A stretch of DNA of 29,694 bases from a virus. Taxonomy: Duplodnaviria > Caudoviricetes. Shown here in pieces: positions 9,225-17,836 of the stretch; the stretch's first letter is position 1, and each line of letters starts with the position of its first letter. The notes below the pieces were generated by a model. It worked only from the letters and a program-made list of their open reading frames with translations. It did no database searches and was not told the DNA's origin. Where the stretch lies: positions 1 to 29,694 of IMG/VR virus record IMGVR_UViG_3300017766_001388, one strand, 5' to 3'. Both the position numbers and the translations under genes were made by a program.

Positions 9225-9404
9225 ATGAAATATAAACGTAAGGCCACTCAAACGAGTGGCGACATTAAACAAGAGAATGTCATAGAAATGGAAGGAGAAG
9301 TAAACGAAATTGCTGATCTTATTTCATTTCTAGACTTTATGAATAATTCTGAAACTATCTCTGATGAGATGTTTCAAGAATCTGATGAACCAATTAAACA
9401 TTAA
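9225..9404 (+). CDS. Hypothetical acidic 59-aa protein, not in the ORF track
   Basis: AAGGAG SD; MKYKRKATQTSGDIKQENVIEMEG...PIKH-TAA. Confidence 0.65.
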   Translation: MKYKRKATQTSGDIKQENVIEMEGEVNEIADLISFLDFMNNSETISDEMFQESDEPIKH

Positions 9405-9419
9405 TTAGGAGAATACATT

Positions 9420-9674
9420 ATGTCTTTACCAAATGATATTACTAAGCGTGAAACCGTAAAGAAATACGCACAAGAAATGATTGCTAATGTCCGTCAACAA
9501 GAATTGTTGAAACTACGAGCTAAAGAGATTTTGGATTCTGTGAAAGAGTCTGAGTTGATGGAAACTAAAGAGTTTAACTTGATTGTCAAAGCAGCTCTGG
9601 ATATTGATAAGATTCAGGAAGATGTTGACAATAAATCAACAGCTATTGCTAGTGTAGAAATTTTGGGGTTGTAA
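9420..9674 (+). CDS. Small helical protein, possibly T4 DsbA/GapR-like dsDNA-binding protein
   Basis: AGGAG SD; KEILDSVKE...KEFNLIVK pattern recalls the DsbA/DUF2312 family. Confidence 0.45.
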   Translation: MSLPNDITKRETVKKYAQEMIANVRQQELLKLRAKEILDSVKESELMETKEFNLIVKAALDIDKIQEDVDNKSTAIASVEILGL

Positions 9675-9676
9675 TT

Positions 9677-9868
9677 ATGAAAGTATACCACCTGTATTGT
9701 GAGTGCGACTTTGGTGGAAATCTTACAAGTAATTCAGGTGTGTATCTTTCTGAAGAATCTGCAAGAACTGCTTTAGCCTACGGTTTGAAAGGTTATTTTC
9801 ACGGATTAGAATTTAGTGATCTTAAACAAAACGAAGATTGGGACATAGAGGAGATTGAACTTATATGA
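9677..9868 (+). CDS. Hypothetical protein
   Basis: MKVY...GVYLSEESA small phage protein pattern; ATGA overlap downstream. Confidence 0.7.
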   Translation: MKVYHLYCECDFGGNLTSNSGVYLSEESARTALAYGLKGYFHGLEFSDLKQNEDWDIEEIELI

Positions 9869-10074
9869 AAGATATTAATCTTTGGATGTACTGCGTCGAT
9901 ATGATGAATACTTTAGGATTTACTTTTGAGTTAAATATATCAAGAGTTATCTTAATTAAAGAGGTTGGCGATGAGATTTTTGAAGCAAAAGAGAGTTTTA
10001 CTAATCTAGATGAGCTTCATGGATATTTAAAAGGTTACCAAGCTGCAACATACCGTTATAAGCGTGGAGGTTAA
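9865..10074 (+). CDS. Hypothetical protein
   Basis: GAGGAG SD; coupled to its neighbours. Confidence 0.7.
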   Translation: MKDINLWMYCVDMMNTLGFTFELNISRVILIKEVGDEIFEAKESFTNLDELHGYLKGYQAATYRYKRGG

Positions 10075-10284
10075 ATGAACCGAATTAAAGCAATTGCTTA
10101 TGGACTAATCCTGATCCTAGCAATTTTATCCCGTGTGGTTGAATGTTTCTTTGAAGCTGTATTACAAGCTGGGTTAAGTCCTAGCTTCTTTGTTGAGAGC
10201 TTCAAGTTTCATTGGAACGACCAAAGGTATTTTACTCCTGTGAGGATTCACTTACAACGATTGGAGACACTGTGGAATGAATAA
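10075..10284 (+). CDS. Hypothetical membrane protein
   Basis: GGAGG SD; N-terminal hydrophobic helix. Confidence 0.7.
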   Translation: MNRIKAIAYGLILILAILSRVVECFFEAVLQAGLSPSFFVESFKFHWNDQRYFTPVRIHLQRLETLWNE

Positions 10285-10615
10285 ATTTAAACCTAAACAA
10301 GAAGTGTGGTTCTACTGTAATCCAGATAACTTACACAATCCAGTCGAAGAAGGTTGTGTTTTAAATGGAGTAATTACTTCTGTAACAACAGATTATAAAA
10401 CAGTAGAAGATTTCTCGGACACAAAGACTGAAGAAATTCGTATTGGCTATAATATTGAAATTGTTTGGGATGACTTCTTTACTTTAGAAAAAGATATGTT
10501 TGAAACAGAGGCTGAAGCTAAGTTGTATGCCAAAGAAATTATGACGTCTCGTATAGCAAAAATAGAAGAACGTTTACAGCAGTTCAAGATTATTGCGGGG
10601 AAACTTGATGAGTAA
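10277..10615 (+). CDS. Hypothetical protein with SH3-like N-terminus
   Basis: GGAG SD; KFKPKQEVWF start; overlaps its neighbours. Confidence 0.7.
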   Translation: MNKFKPKQEVWFYCNPDNLHNPVEEGCVLNGVITSVTTDYKTVEDFSDTKTEEIRIGYNIEIVWDDFFTLEKDMFETEAEAKLYAKEIMTSRIAKIEERLQQFKIIAGKLDE

Positions 10616-10847
10616 TCAATTAGTTTATAGAGGCTGTGTAACATACACTCCGAAAGATCCTCATGAGTGGGCTGTTGCTTGCTGGTCAGAATGGACAAAG
10701 ATTTATACCAAAAAAGGACTAGCTGTAAACAACACTCCTTGTAGGCATTGGAATGATGATTTACATACAGATAGTGAAATTATTGAATATGAACTTGTTC
10801 CTACAGGAAGAAAGTTTAATAGTGAGAATGGTGAATTGATTGAGTAA
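10608..10847 (+). CDS. Hypothetical protein
   Basis: Likely start ATG 10608 after GGGG, overlapping the upstream stop. Confidence 0.65.
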   Translation: MSNQLVYRGCVTYTPKDPHEWAVACWSEWTKIYTKKGLAVNNTPCRHWNDDLHTDSEIIEYELVPTGRKFNSENGELIE

Positions 10848-11826
10848 AGGTTTATTTGATTTAGATGCAGTAAAATATATTTGCAGTGCCGTTGGACAGA
10901 AAAACTCAATTAAAGCTATTGAAAAAGTATCTGGTGATGAGTTCACTTTCAAAACTAGAACTGAGATGTATGGAAGAACCAAAGCTAAAGATGGTGCATG
11001 GTTAGCTGAACACAACAAAGAGAAGGATACAAATTTAACTGTTGATGATTTTATTATTGAAGATGTTGTTACCCCAGAACCTTTAGAGAATGTTTTGCAT
11101 ACGGTCAAGCTTACCATAGAAGGTGCAGTAGCTTCAGCTAAAGTAAAATCTTGGGAAGGGTTTATGGGGGAAGGAGATTCTTTCCGTGTAGAACTATCAA
11201 CACTTTTGAAGTACAAAGATGGTCGTGAGCAAATTAAACCTTATCACTTTGAGTCGGTTGTTGATTATATTAAACGTAAATATAAACCTGAGATTATTAC
11301 TGACATAGAAAGTGATGACAAACTTATTATGCTTGGTAATAACAAGAAAGATACAGTCTTGATAATCAATGACAAAGATTACAAATCTTATGATGTAAAT
11401 GTTCTTGATATTAATAAACAAGAAGATGGTGTTATTTATTGCGGGGGTTTCGGTAAGCTCTGGTTAGATGATAAAGGTAATGTTAGAGGGTTAGGTAGGT
11501 TGTTTAAATACTTCCAGATAATTAGTCAAGACTCTGTTGATAATTATAAGGCCAACTGTTTCTCTGATATTGCTTGGGCTGAAAAGAGTGCTTACAAAGT
11601 TCTAGTGAACTGTAAGGACGACAAAGAAGCTTGGCAAGTAATGGCTAGCACTTTCAATCATCTTTACCCTGAGCCTAAAGTTGTTACTGGCTGGAGAGGA
11701 AGTGAAATACAAATTGATTCTCTTTATGTATTTCAGGAGATGATGAACATGGCTCATTTACATAGATGGAAAGGTGACTTTGTAAATGTTAAAGATGTAA
11801 TGACCAAATTAAACATACAATTTTAA
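10840..11826 (+). CDS. 5'-3' exonuclease, T7 gp6/PIN-FEN-like
   Basis: Acidic motifs FDLD, IESDD, NDKD, QIISQDSVDNY. Confidence 0.88.
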   Translation: MSKGLFDLDAVKYICSAVGQKNSIKAIEKVSGDEFTFKTRTEMYGRTKAKDGAWLAEHNKEKDTNLTVDDFIIEDVVTPEPLENVLHTVKLTIEGAVASAKVKSWEGFMGEGDSFRVELSTLLKYKDGREQIKPYHFESVVDYIKRKYKPEIITDIESDDKLIMLGNNKKDTVLIINDKDYKSYDVNVLDINKQEDGVIYCGGFGKLWLDDKGNVRGLGRLFKYFQIISQDSVDNYKANCFSDIAWAEKSAYKVLVNCKDDKEAWQVMASTFNHLYPEPKVVTGWRGSEIQIDSLYVFQEMMNMAHLHRWKGDFVNVKDVMTKLNIQF

Positions 11827-11844
11827 ACAAGAGGAAACAAACTA

Positions 11845-12150
11845 ATGTCAACTAAGAAAACAAGTCGTACAGTTAAGAGTCCAGCTAAAGAAGGCACTAT
11901 ACCAAAAGAAGTTATTAAAGCAGCCGTTAAAGCTACATCTCCTAAGCCAACTATCAAAAGTTTGCAGGATGAGTTAGCCATTGCTAATACTGCTTTTGCA
12001 GATCAGTATGTAATAGCAGCCGATTTAACTAAACAAGTGTCAGACCTTAAAAGTAAATTGGTAGAACAAGATAACACTCCTTGGACAACAATTACCTATC
12101 AACGTTTTGTTCGTTGGTTGACTAATGTTACTAGCTATTTTAAGGAGTAA
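11845..12150 (+). CDS. Hypothetical protein with basic N-terminus and coiled coil
   Basis: AGAGGA SD; Lys-rich N-terminus. Confidence 0.75.
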   Translation: MSTKKTSRTVKSPAKEGTIPKEVIKAAVKATSPKPTIKSLQDELAIANTAFADQYVIAADLTKQVSDLKSKLVEQDNTPWTTITYQRFVRWLTNVTSYFKE

Positions 12151-12152
12151 TT

Positions 12153-12357
12153 ATGGGGGGGGGAATTTTATAGCAGCAAGTCTCCAGACGAACTTGAAGA
12201 TGAAATCAATCACATTGACGAACAGATAAACAAACTTCAATTCCAAATGTTAGAGATTGAATCAGATATAGATATTCTTGAAAATAGGAAAGCTCAACTT
12301 CAAGAAGAGTGGGATATGATAGATGAAATGATTAATGAGATGGAAGATGAGGCGTAA
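12153..12357 (+). pseudogene. Acidic coiled-coil gene frameshifted in a G9 tract; intact 67 aa with G8
   Basis: AAGGAG SD, then ATG-GGG-GGG-GGA-ATT-TTA-TAG; removing one G gives MGGEFYSSKSPDELEDEINHIDEQINKLQ...EDEA-TAA, filling the gap exactly. Confidence 0.7.
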
Positions 12358-12360
12358 CAA

Positions 12361-13200
12361 GTGGCTGTTCCTAGTGAAGCAGAAAAACAAAAAGTACAAA
12401 AGAAGCTAGAAGGTTTTCTAAAGAAACTTAATCCTGATGGTAGTCCTAAAAGACCAATGGATGATAATCTTGCCAAAGGTCTTATGAGGGATGCTGTTAG
12501 GAAGAAGTGGATGTATTGGACTATCGTTTCTGAAACGATTCACAAAGACTCTCACGGTAGTCATTATTTGTTGTGTAAGTGTGTTTGTGGTATTGAAAAA
12601 TTGGTCTTCAAACAAGACTTAGTGAGAGGTAAGAGCAATTCTTGTGAAGATTGTGCTAGAGTTTCCGACCCTGAAAAGTTTATCAGTATTAAAAATAAAC
12701 ATGAATTGGTTGGTAGATTACAAGAATTACCTCCATATGTGATTTGGAGGAAAATGCAACAGAGGTGTGACAACCCCAAAGACGCTGGTTACGAAAATTA
12801 CGGCGGAAGGGGAATAACACTTTCTGTTGAATTTAGGGATTACCTAGACTTCATTGATTGGTCTTATTCAAATGGTTACTCATCAGGGTTAACTATTGAA
12901 AGAATAGATGTAAATGGTGACTACTCTCCAGATAATTGTAAGTGGATACCTTTAGGTGAGCAAGCTAGAAATAAAAGAAAGTACAGAAGTAACAAATCTG
13001 GAATTACTGGAGTTAGGTTATCCAGCAATAGTTGGGTATGTTATTGGTACAATGTAAATAGAGAAATGAAAACAAAGTCATTTTCTATAACAAAGTATGG
13101 TTTTGAGGAAGCTAAAATTAAAGCAACTGAATACCGAAAAGAACAAATAACCCTACTAGAAGAGTCTGGAGTATTTTATGGAGAGTTTCATGGGCTATGA
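12361..13200 (+). CDS. HNH/AP2 homing endonuclease with a 52-aa foreign N-terminal segment
   Basis: WTIV...LCKCVCG...GKSNSC, WRKMQQRC...YGGRGI, TIERIDVNGDYSPDNCKW, NKSGITGV, FSITKYG. Confidence 0.85.
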   Translation: MAVPSEAEKQKVQKKLEGFLKKLNPDGSPKRPMDDNLAKGLMRDAVRKKWMYWTIVSETIHKDSHGSHYLLCKCVCGIEKLVFKQDLVRGKSNSCEDCARVSDPEKFISIKNKHELVGRLQELPPYVIWRKMQQRCDNPKDAGYENYGGRGITLSVEFRDYLDFIDWSYSNGYSSGLTIERIDVNGDYSPDNCKWIPLGEQARNKRKYRSNKSGITGVRLSSNSWVCYWYNVNREMKTKSFSITKYGFEEAKIKATEYRKEQITLLEESGVFYGEFHGL

Positions 13201-13735
13201 TATACCTTGGGAACCGTGGAAGCATTATCCCAATATATGGAAGAATAAGACAGCCTTTTACACTTGGTTAAGGGGTTGTCTTAGAAATGCTGTGTGGAAC
13301 AAATCGCCAATCAAAATCATCTTTAAGAATGACGGTTGTTCCTCACCTCCAGATGGTTATGATGGCAGAGCAAAGAGTGGTGCTTATTGTGCATTGAGTG
13401 GTGATTGGGAAGGTAAAAGTAAGTTAGAGGTAGACCACATTGAAGGTAATGTCTCTCTCCTCGAAGAAGAAGATATAATTAAATTTATAAAGCACTTAAT
13501 ACCTCCACCCAATTCCTTACAGCTCGTGACAAAGGAAGCACACAAGATTAAATCGTATGCAGAAAAGCAGGGGATTTCTTATGAACAGGCAACAGCAGAG
13601 AAGGAAGCTATTCTTATTATTAAGGAAAAAGGAGATATTGGATGGCTTGTCGGTAAAGGGTTGTCTCCTTCAAAGAACCAGAAAGAACGTAGAAAACAAA
13701 TAGTGGAGTACCTATTAAATGAATGTAAACAGTGA
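13178..13735 (+). CDS. HNH-type nuclease, putative resolvase-like core gene
   Basis: WKNKTAFYTWLRGCLRNAVW, CALSG...EVDHI...NSLQLVTKEAHKIKS; alternative start at 13190. Confidence 0.75.
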   Translation: MESFMGYDIPWEPWKHYPNIWKNKTAFYTWLRGCLRNAVWNKSPIKIIFKNDGCSSPPDGYDGRAKSGAYCALSGDWEGKSKLEVDHIEGNVSLLEEEDIIKFIKHLIPPPNSLQLVTKEAHKIKSYAEKQGISYEQATAEKEAILIIKEKGDIGWLVGKGLSPSKNQKERRKQIVEYLLNECKQ

Positions 13736-13988
13736 AGGATTTCTACCTTGCCCCAGATGTAATAGTGATAAGGTAGAATGGACTAATTCAAGAGATATAG
13801 ACCTTCTGTATCAAGAAGTGTATTGCCCTGATTGTGAGTTAAGTACGTTTCCTATTACAACACTTGCTTTCACCCACTTACCAAATCTCGACTATGAAAC
13901 TTCAGTTATGAAGTATAATGCTTGGGTGATGACTAAACCAAAAGGTTATTATTGTGACAGTAAAGATTTTCAAATGTGGGAGTGTTAG
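13719..13988 (+). CDS. Lar-like Zn-ribbon protein
   Basis: LPCPRC and VYCPDC pairs typical of the Lar restriction-alleviation-like family. Confidence 0.55.
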   Translation: MNVNSEGFLPCPRCNSDKVEWTNSRDIDLLYQEVYCPDCELSTFPITTLAFTHLPNLDYETSVMKYNAWVMTKPKGYYCDSKDFQMWEC

Positions 13989-13992
13989 TAAT

Positions 13993-14163
13993 ATGTTTAT
14001 AAACGTTCAGGCAGAAGTATCCACAGAAGAAATAATGAAACAAATGTTAAACGCACATAGTTTAAATTATGTCCTCTGGTTGGCATTAAAAACTTATAAT
14101 TACCATAGTCCAGAATATGTCGCGGATATGGTAACCAAGATAGTTGAGGAGACAAATGAGTAA
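13993..14163 (+). CDS. Hypothetical protein
   Basis: Likely start ATG 13993 after GGGAG. Confidence 0.6.
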   Translation: MFINVQAEVSTEEIMKQMLNAHSLNYVLWLALKTYNYHSPEYVADMVTKIVEETNE

Positions 14164-14347
14164 ATCATTCCCAATGAGTAAGTATTTATCTCTGTCAGAT
14201 TTATACAAAGATAAAGCAGAGCATTATCAAAAATGTTACGAGCTTCTGGCCAGACGAATGGTGGAGACAGAAGACCTTCGTTATGATGAAGAAATATGTG
14301 GATATTATTGTGTCCATTCAGGAGAATTTATTGAGGATATTGTGTGA
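14156..14347 (+). CDS. Hypothetical protein
   Basis: GAGGAG SD before ATG 14156; GTGA overlap downstream. Confidence 0.7.
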   Translation: MSKSFPMSKYLSLSDLYKDKAEHYQKCYELLARRMVETEDLRYDEEICGYYCVHSGEFIEDIV

Positions 14348-15315
14348 ATATTAAAGATAAAGAAACACGTAAATTAATTCGTAAGATGAAAGCTGAAGGA
14401 TGGAGTAATCGAGCTATTGGAAGAGAGCTTGGGATTGCTGAGAGTACAATTAGATATTTCTTGAAGCAGAAGGTAGAGGTGCAGCATGATCCTGAACCAA
14501 AAAAAGTAAATGATGTAGTTAATGTTCGTGTAATTTCCCAGACAGTTGTTGATAATTACTTATCAATTAAGGGTAAACCTAAAAAGATACTTGTGATTGC
14601 AGACACACAATGTAAACCATCTGAAGATTTATCTTATATGTCTTGGATTGGAAAGTATATCAACGATAAGAAACCTGATATTATCGTCCACATTGGGGAT
14701 CATTTTGATTTTGAAAGCTTATCCAGCTATGATAAGGGTAAGAAATCTTTTGAAGGTCGTAGATTAAAGGCCGATATTGATGCTGGCAACGAAGGCCTTA
14801 AATTACTTACTCGTGAATTCTTGTTTGACAATTACAAACCTCGTATGGTTTTTTGTATGGGCAATCACGAAGCAAGGTTTGACAGACTGTCAGAGGATAT
14901 GCCAGAATTGGATGGCTTTGTTGGTACAGATACTTTGAATATTGAGAGTGGTGGTTGGGAAGTTTACCCATTTTTAAAACCAGTTGAGATTGAAGGGATT
15001 TATTTTGTACACTACTTGGCTAATCCATTCAGTGGAAAGCCTTATGGTGGGACAGCAATGAACCAGCTTAAAACTGTAGGTCGCAGTTTTGTTGTTGGAC
15101 ATAAACAATGTTTGGATGTAGCTATTCGACCAACTATTGACGGGAAGCATCAAATAGGTATAATCAATGGGGCAGCTTATCCTTTTGAAGAACGTTATAA
15201 AGGTTACCAAGGGAATAACCACTTTCGTGGTATAACAATGTTGCATGAGGTTGAAGATGGTTTTGCACTCCCCATGTTTATTTCATTGGATTACTTGAAA
15301 AACAGATATAACTAA
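14344..15315 (+). CDS. Calcineurin-like metallophosphoesterase with N-terminal HTH
   Basis: HTH GWSNRAIGRELGIAESTIRY; motifs ADTQ, IGDHFD, GNHE, HY, GHKQ. Confidence 0.88.
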   Translation: MNIKDKETRKLIRKMKAEGWSNRAIGRELGIAESTIRYFLKQKVEVQHDPEPKKVNDVVNVRVISQTVVDNYLSIKGKPKKILVIADTQCKPSEDLSYMSWIGKYINDKKPDIIVHIGDHFDFESLSSYDKGKKSFEGRRLKADIDAGNEGLKLLTREFLFDNYKPRMVFCMGNHEARFDRLSEDMPELDGFVGTDTLNIESGGWEVYPFLKPVEIEGIYFVHYLANPFSGKPYGGTAMNQLKTVGRSFVVGHKQCLDVAIRPTIDGKHQIGIINGAAYPFEERYKGYQGNNHFRGITMLHEVEDGFALPMFISLDYLKNRYN

Positions 15316-15355
15316 GTTAAGCTTACTTAAACAAACCAAAACAGGAGAAACAAAT

Positions 15356-16354
15356 ATGAGTAAAGATACAATCAAATTCCCATGCGTTGTTAACATTAAA
15401 GGTTTTACAGAAGATCTGGTCATTAATTTGACAAATGCTTTTGTAGAGTTGGGGGTAACAGTTTATGAGGATACTGATACAAATAACCACACTGCTTGGA
15501 AGTATTATGGTGTTAATTCTAGGAATAAGACAGCTTTCTGGGATTACCTGTCAGACTATTACGATTACGAGGATGAATATAAAGTGACAGAATACACTTA
15601 TGATGAAGTAATGGCTTTTGGTAATAATACTGAAGAAGAAGAAGTTACAGTATTTACCCCTTCGATAGGTCAACCAGAACCACAATATAAAGCTGGTGAC
15701 ATTGTAGAGATTACTGAAAGCTTATATGGTCATGACTTTGAAATCGGTGACCATGTTCGGCTAGTCCATACCTCGGACAATTTAACATGGCGAGCAGAGT
15801 ATTTAGATGGGTCAGATTATTGGCATATTGACGCTGATGAATTTAAACTAGTAACTCCAGCGGGAGATGCTGCTGAAGCCTCCTCTAATGACGATACAGC
15901 CACTTTAGAGCCAATTGAATACGAAGGTAGCGGCTCAGGGGAAACTGTCTCTAATCAAAGCGTAGGAGCTTCTGTGACCACTAAACAAGTGTTTAGTCTT
16001 GGGGATGAAGTTGAGGTTGTAGAAGGGAGTCGGTGGGTGGGAGCTGGAATGAAGGGTGTTATTGAAAAAATCAATGCACACGACATTGAGAAAGATAGAG
16101 AACCTTACCGAATTAACTTTGACGGTAAAAAGATTTGGGTTAATGGCTATCAACTAAAATTGGTAAATAGTGCTGTAGGTTTGGTTGTTCCTGAAGAAGT
16201 TTGTGCAACAGCGATAAACATAACAGCTAATGTCTCCTTCACTGTGAAGATTAAAGGGCAAGAATTTACATTGGATAAAGATGAGATTCAGGAGTTGTAT
16301 ATTGCTTTGTGTTTGGCTGAGGGAAGTTTACAAGAGTGGAGTTTGGGGCAATGA
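15356..16354 (+). CDS. Multidomain hypothetical protein with two SH3/KOW-like modules
   Basis: CAGGAG SD; YKAGDIVEI and FSLGDEVEV modules separated by acidic linkers. Confidence 0.75.
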   Translation: MSKDTIKFPCVVNIKGFTEDLVINLTNAFVELGVTVYEDTDTNNHTAWKYYGVNSRNKTAFWDYLSDYYDYEDEYKVTEYTYDEVMAFGNNTEEEEVTVFTPSIGQPEPQYKAGDIVEITESLYGHDFEIGDHVRLVHTSDNLTWRAEYLDGSDYWHIDADEFKLVTPAGDAAEASSNDDTATLEPIEYEGSGSGETVSNQSVGASVTTKQVFSLGDEVEVVEGSRWVGAGMKGVIEKINAHDIEKDREPYRINFDGKKIWVNGYQLKLVNSAVGLVVPEEVCATAINITANVSFTVKIKGQEFTLDKDEIQELYIALCLAEGSLQEWSLGQ

Positions 16355-16641
16355 CAGAAACATTAGGTGTAAAATACGATCAAGGTAAATTACGCTGGAC
16401 ACTCCTCCCTTGGCGAACGCTGAAGGGGGTTGTGGAAATCCTTGAGATGGGGGCTAGGAAGTATGCGGAAGACAATTGGAAACATGTTGAACCTCAACGT
16501 TACAAAGATGCAGCTTTACGACATTTGACTGATTGGTTGTCTGGAGAGAAGGTTGATCCCGAATCAGGTAAGTCACATTTGTATCATTGTATTTGTTGCT
16601 TATTGTTTTTGGCATGGTTTGAGGAAGAGGGAAATGAGTAG
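16351..16641 (+). CDS. dATP/dGTP diphosphohydrolase N-terminal domain protein (DUF5664)
   Basis: GVKYDQGKLRWTLLP, GARKYAEDNW, AALRHL, DPESGKSHLYH; ATGA overlap start at 16351. Confidence 0.88.
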   Translation: MTETLGVKYDQGKLRWTLLPWRTLKGVVEILEMGARKYAEDNWKHVEPQRYKDAALRHLTDWLSGEKVDPESGKSHLYHCICCLLFLAWFEEEGNE

Positions 16642-17197
16642 ACAAATAGGTTGCGATGTAGACTTAGTTTGTGCCCCTAGTGACAGGGGCTGGTTTGATT
16701 GGCTATGGGAAAGAGCTGAACCTATGGAGCAGTCAATGTACGACTGCTTACCAAACTGGAAGATTAAAGAGCTACCATACAATTTATCTTCTCTATTTCC
16801 TTCTGTGGAGAACCCTATGCAGTATTGGAATGATTTAGATTACGATCAATTCCAACCACTAGAAGGAAGTGTTGATGCCTTAGAACGCATATCAACTTAT
16901 TTTGATATAGTATTCATTACTCAGATAGAAGGCGGGGATCATGGTAAGACTAAAGCTAAATGGCTGAAGAAACATTACCCTTTCTTGAAAGGAATAGTCT
17001 ACACTAAAGAAAAGTTTGTAATGAATAAAGCTGTTGATTATATGATTGATGATCGTATGTCACATTTAAAAGGCTTTGAATATCAAAAACGTATTCTATT
17101 CAATACTCCATATACACAAGATGTTCAATGTGAAGTGTGGAAGACAATGAATAGCTGGAAAGATATTGATGAGAAATTTATTAAGGAGTTGTTATGA
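16634..17197 (+). CDS. HAD-family 5'(3')-deoxyribonucleotidase
   Basis: Motif I CDVD, FIT, KAKWLKKHYPF, MIDDR; likely start ATG 16634 after GAGG. Confidence 0.85.
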   Translation: MSRQIGCDVDLVCAPSDRGWFDWLWERAEPMEQSMYDCLPNWKIKELPYNLSSLFPSVENPMQYWNDLDYDQFQPLEGSVDALERISTYFDIVFITQIEGGDHGKTKAKWLKKHYPFLKGIVYTKEKFVMNKAVDYMIDDRMSHLKGFEYQKRILFNTPYTQDVQCEVWKTMNSWKDIDEKFIKELL

Positions 17198-17367
17198 GTG
17201 AATATGAAATGTTAAGAGGCTTATTAAGAAACTTCTATACAACTACAGAAGGTGAATTGGAGTGGATGTGGACAGATGGGGTTACTGTTGCAGATCGAGA
17301 TGAACAGTTAAACGAAAGTTTGATGTTATTCTTAGCTAAGATTGAAACCTCTGGAGAAAGTTTATGA
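17194..17367 (+). CDS. Hypothetical 57-aa protein, not in the ORF track
   Basis: AAGGAG SD; ATGA overlaps at both ends. Confidence 0.7.
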   Translation: MSEYEMLRGLLRNFYTTTEGELEWMWTDGVTVADRDEQLNESLMLFLAKIETSGESL

Positions 17368-17582
17368 GCAATTCAGCAGGTGACGTAATTGATGACTTCT
17401 ACGCAAACAGACCAAAACAGAAGTATCAAACAAAAGAACTAAACATTTCTATCGCAAGCGATAAAGTGTCAATACTCCTTGATGGAGAGACACTATTAAC
17501 AGGAACTCTATTCTCTAATGCTTTTGTTAAGTATGGTGAATTAGAAGAATTTAAATTTACAATCGGTGTGGAGGATAATTAA
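17364..17582 (+). CDS. Hypothetical protein
   Basis: GGAG SD; coupled to its neighbours. Confidence 0.7.
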   Translation: MSNSAGDVIDDFYANRPKQKYQTKELNISIASDKVSILLDGETLLTGTLFSNAFVKYGELEEFKFTIGVEDN

Positions 17583-17836
17583 TGGAAGATAATATTAAAA
17601 CGTTTGACGTGAACTTTGGTTCCGATGGTAATTGGGCTGAAGTTGCGACAAGTATCCCTTTGTTTATGTGTATGCTTGTAAATGGTGTGACTAATACAAC
17701 AGTGTTTGAGGCTGATATTAATAAGCTTCAAGATTATTCAGGAAAGATGACTTATGATTTTAATACTAACTCTGTTTCTTATGAGTTGATTAAGGAGGAA
17801 GTTGTAGAGGAGGTAACTGTTGAAGAGTCAAATTGA
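17582..17836 (+). CDS. Hypothetical protein
   Basis: GGAGG SD; TAATG overlap. Confidence 0.7.
   Translation: MEDNIKTFDVNFGSDGNWAEVATSIPLFMCMLVNGVTNTTVFEADINKLQDYSGKMTYDFNTNSVSYELIKEEVVEEVTVEESN

Noticed and set aside
15313-15330. Imperfect palindrome TAAGTTAAGCTTACTTA between genes
   Set aside because: It is short and AT-rich, and I saw no second copy, so an operator call is unsupported.
16351-16641. Diaminopurine (Z) genome system suggested by the dATP/dGTP diphosphohydrolase-like gene
   Set aside because: No PurZ or DatZ-like gene is in the window, and DUF5664 proteins are common in phages with unmodified DNA.
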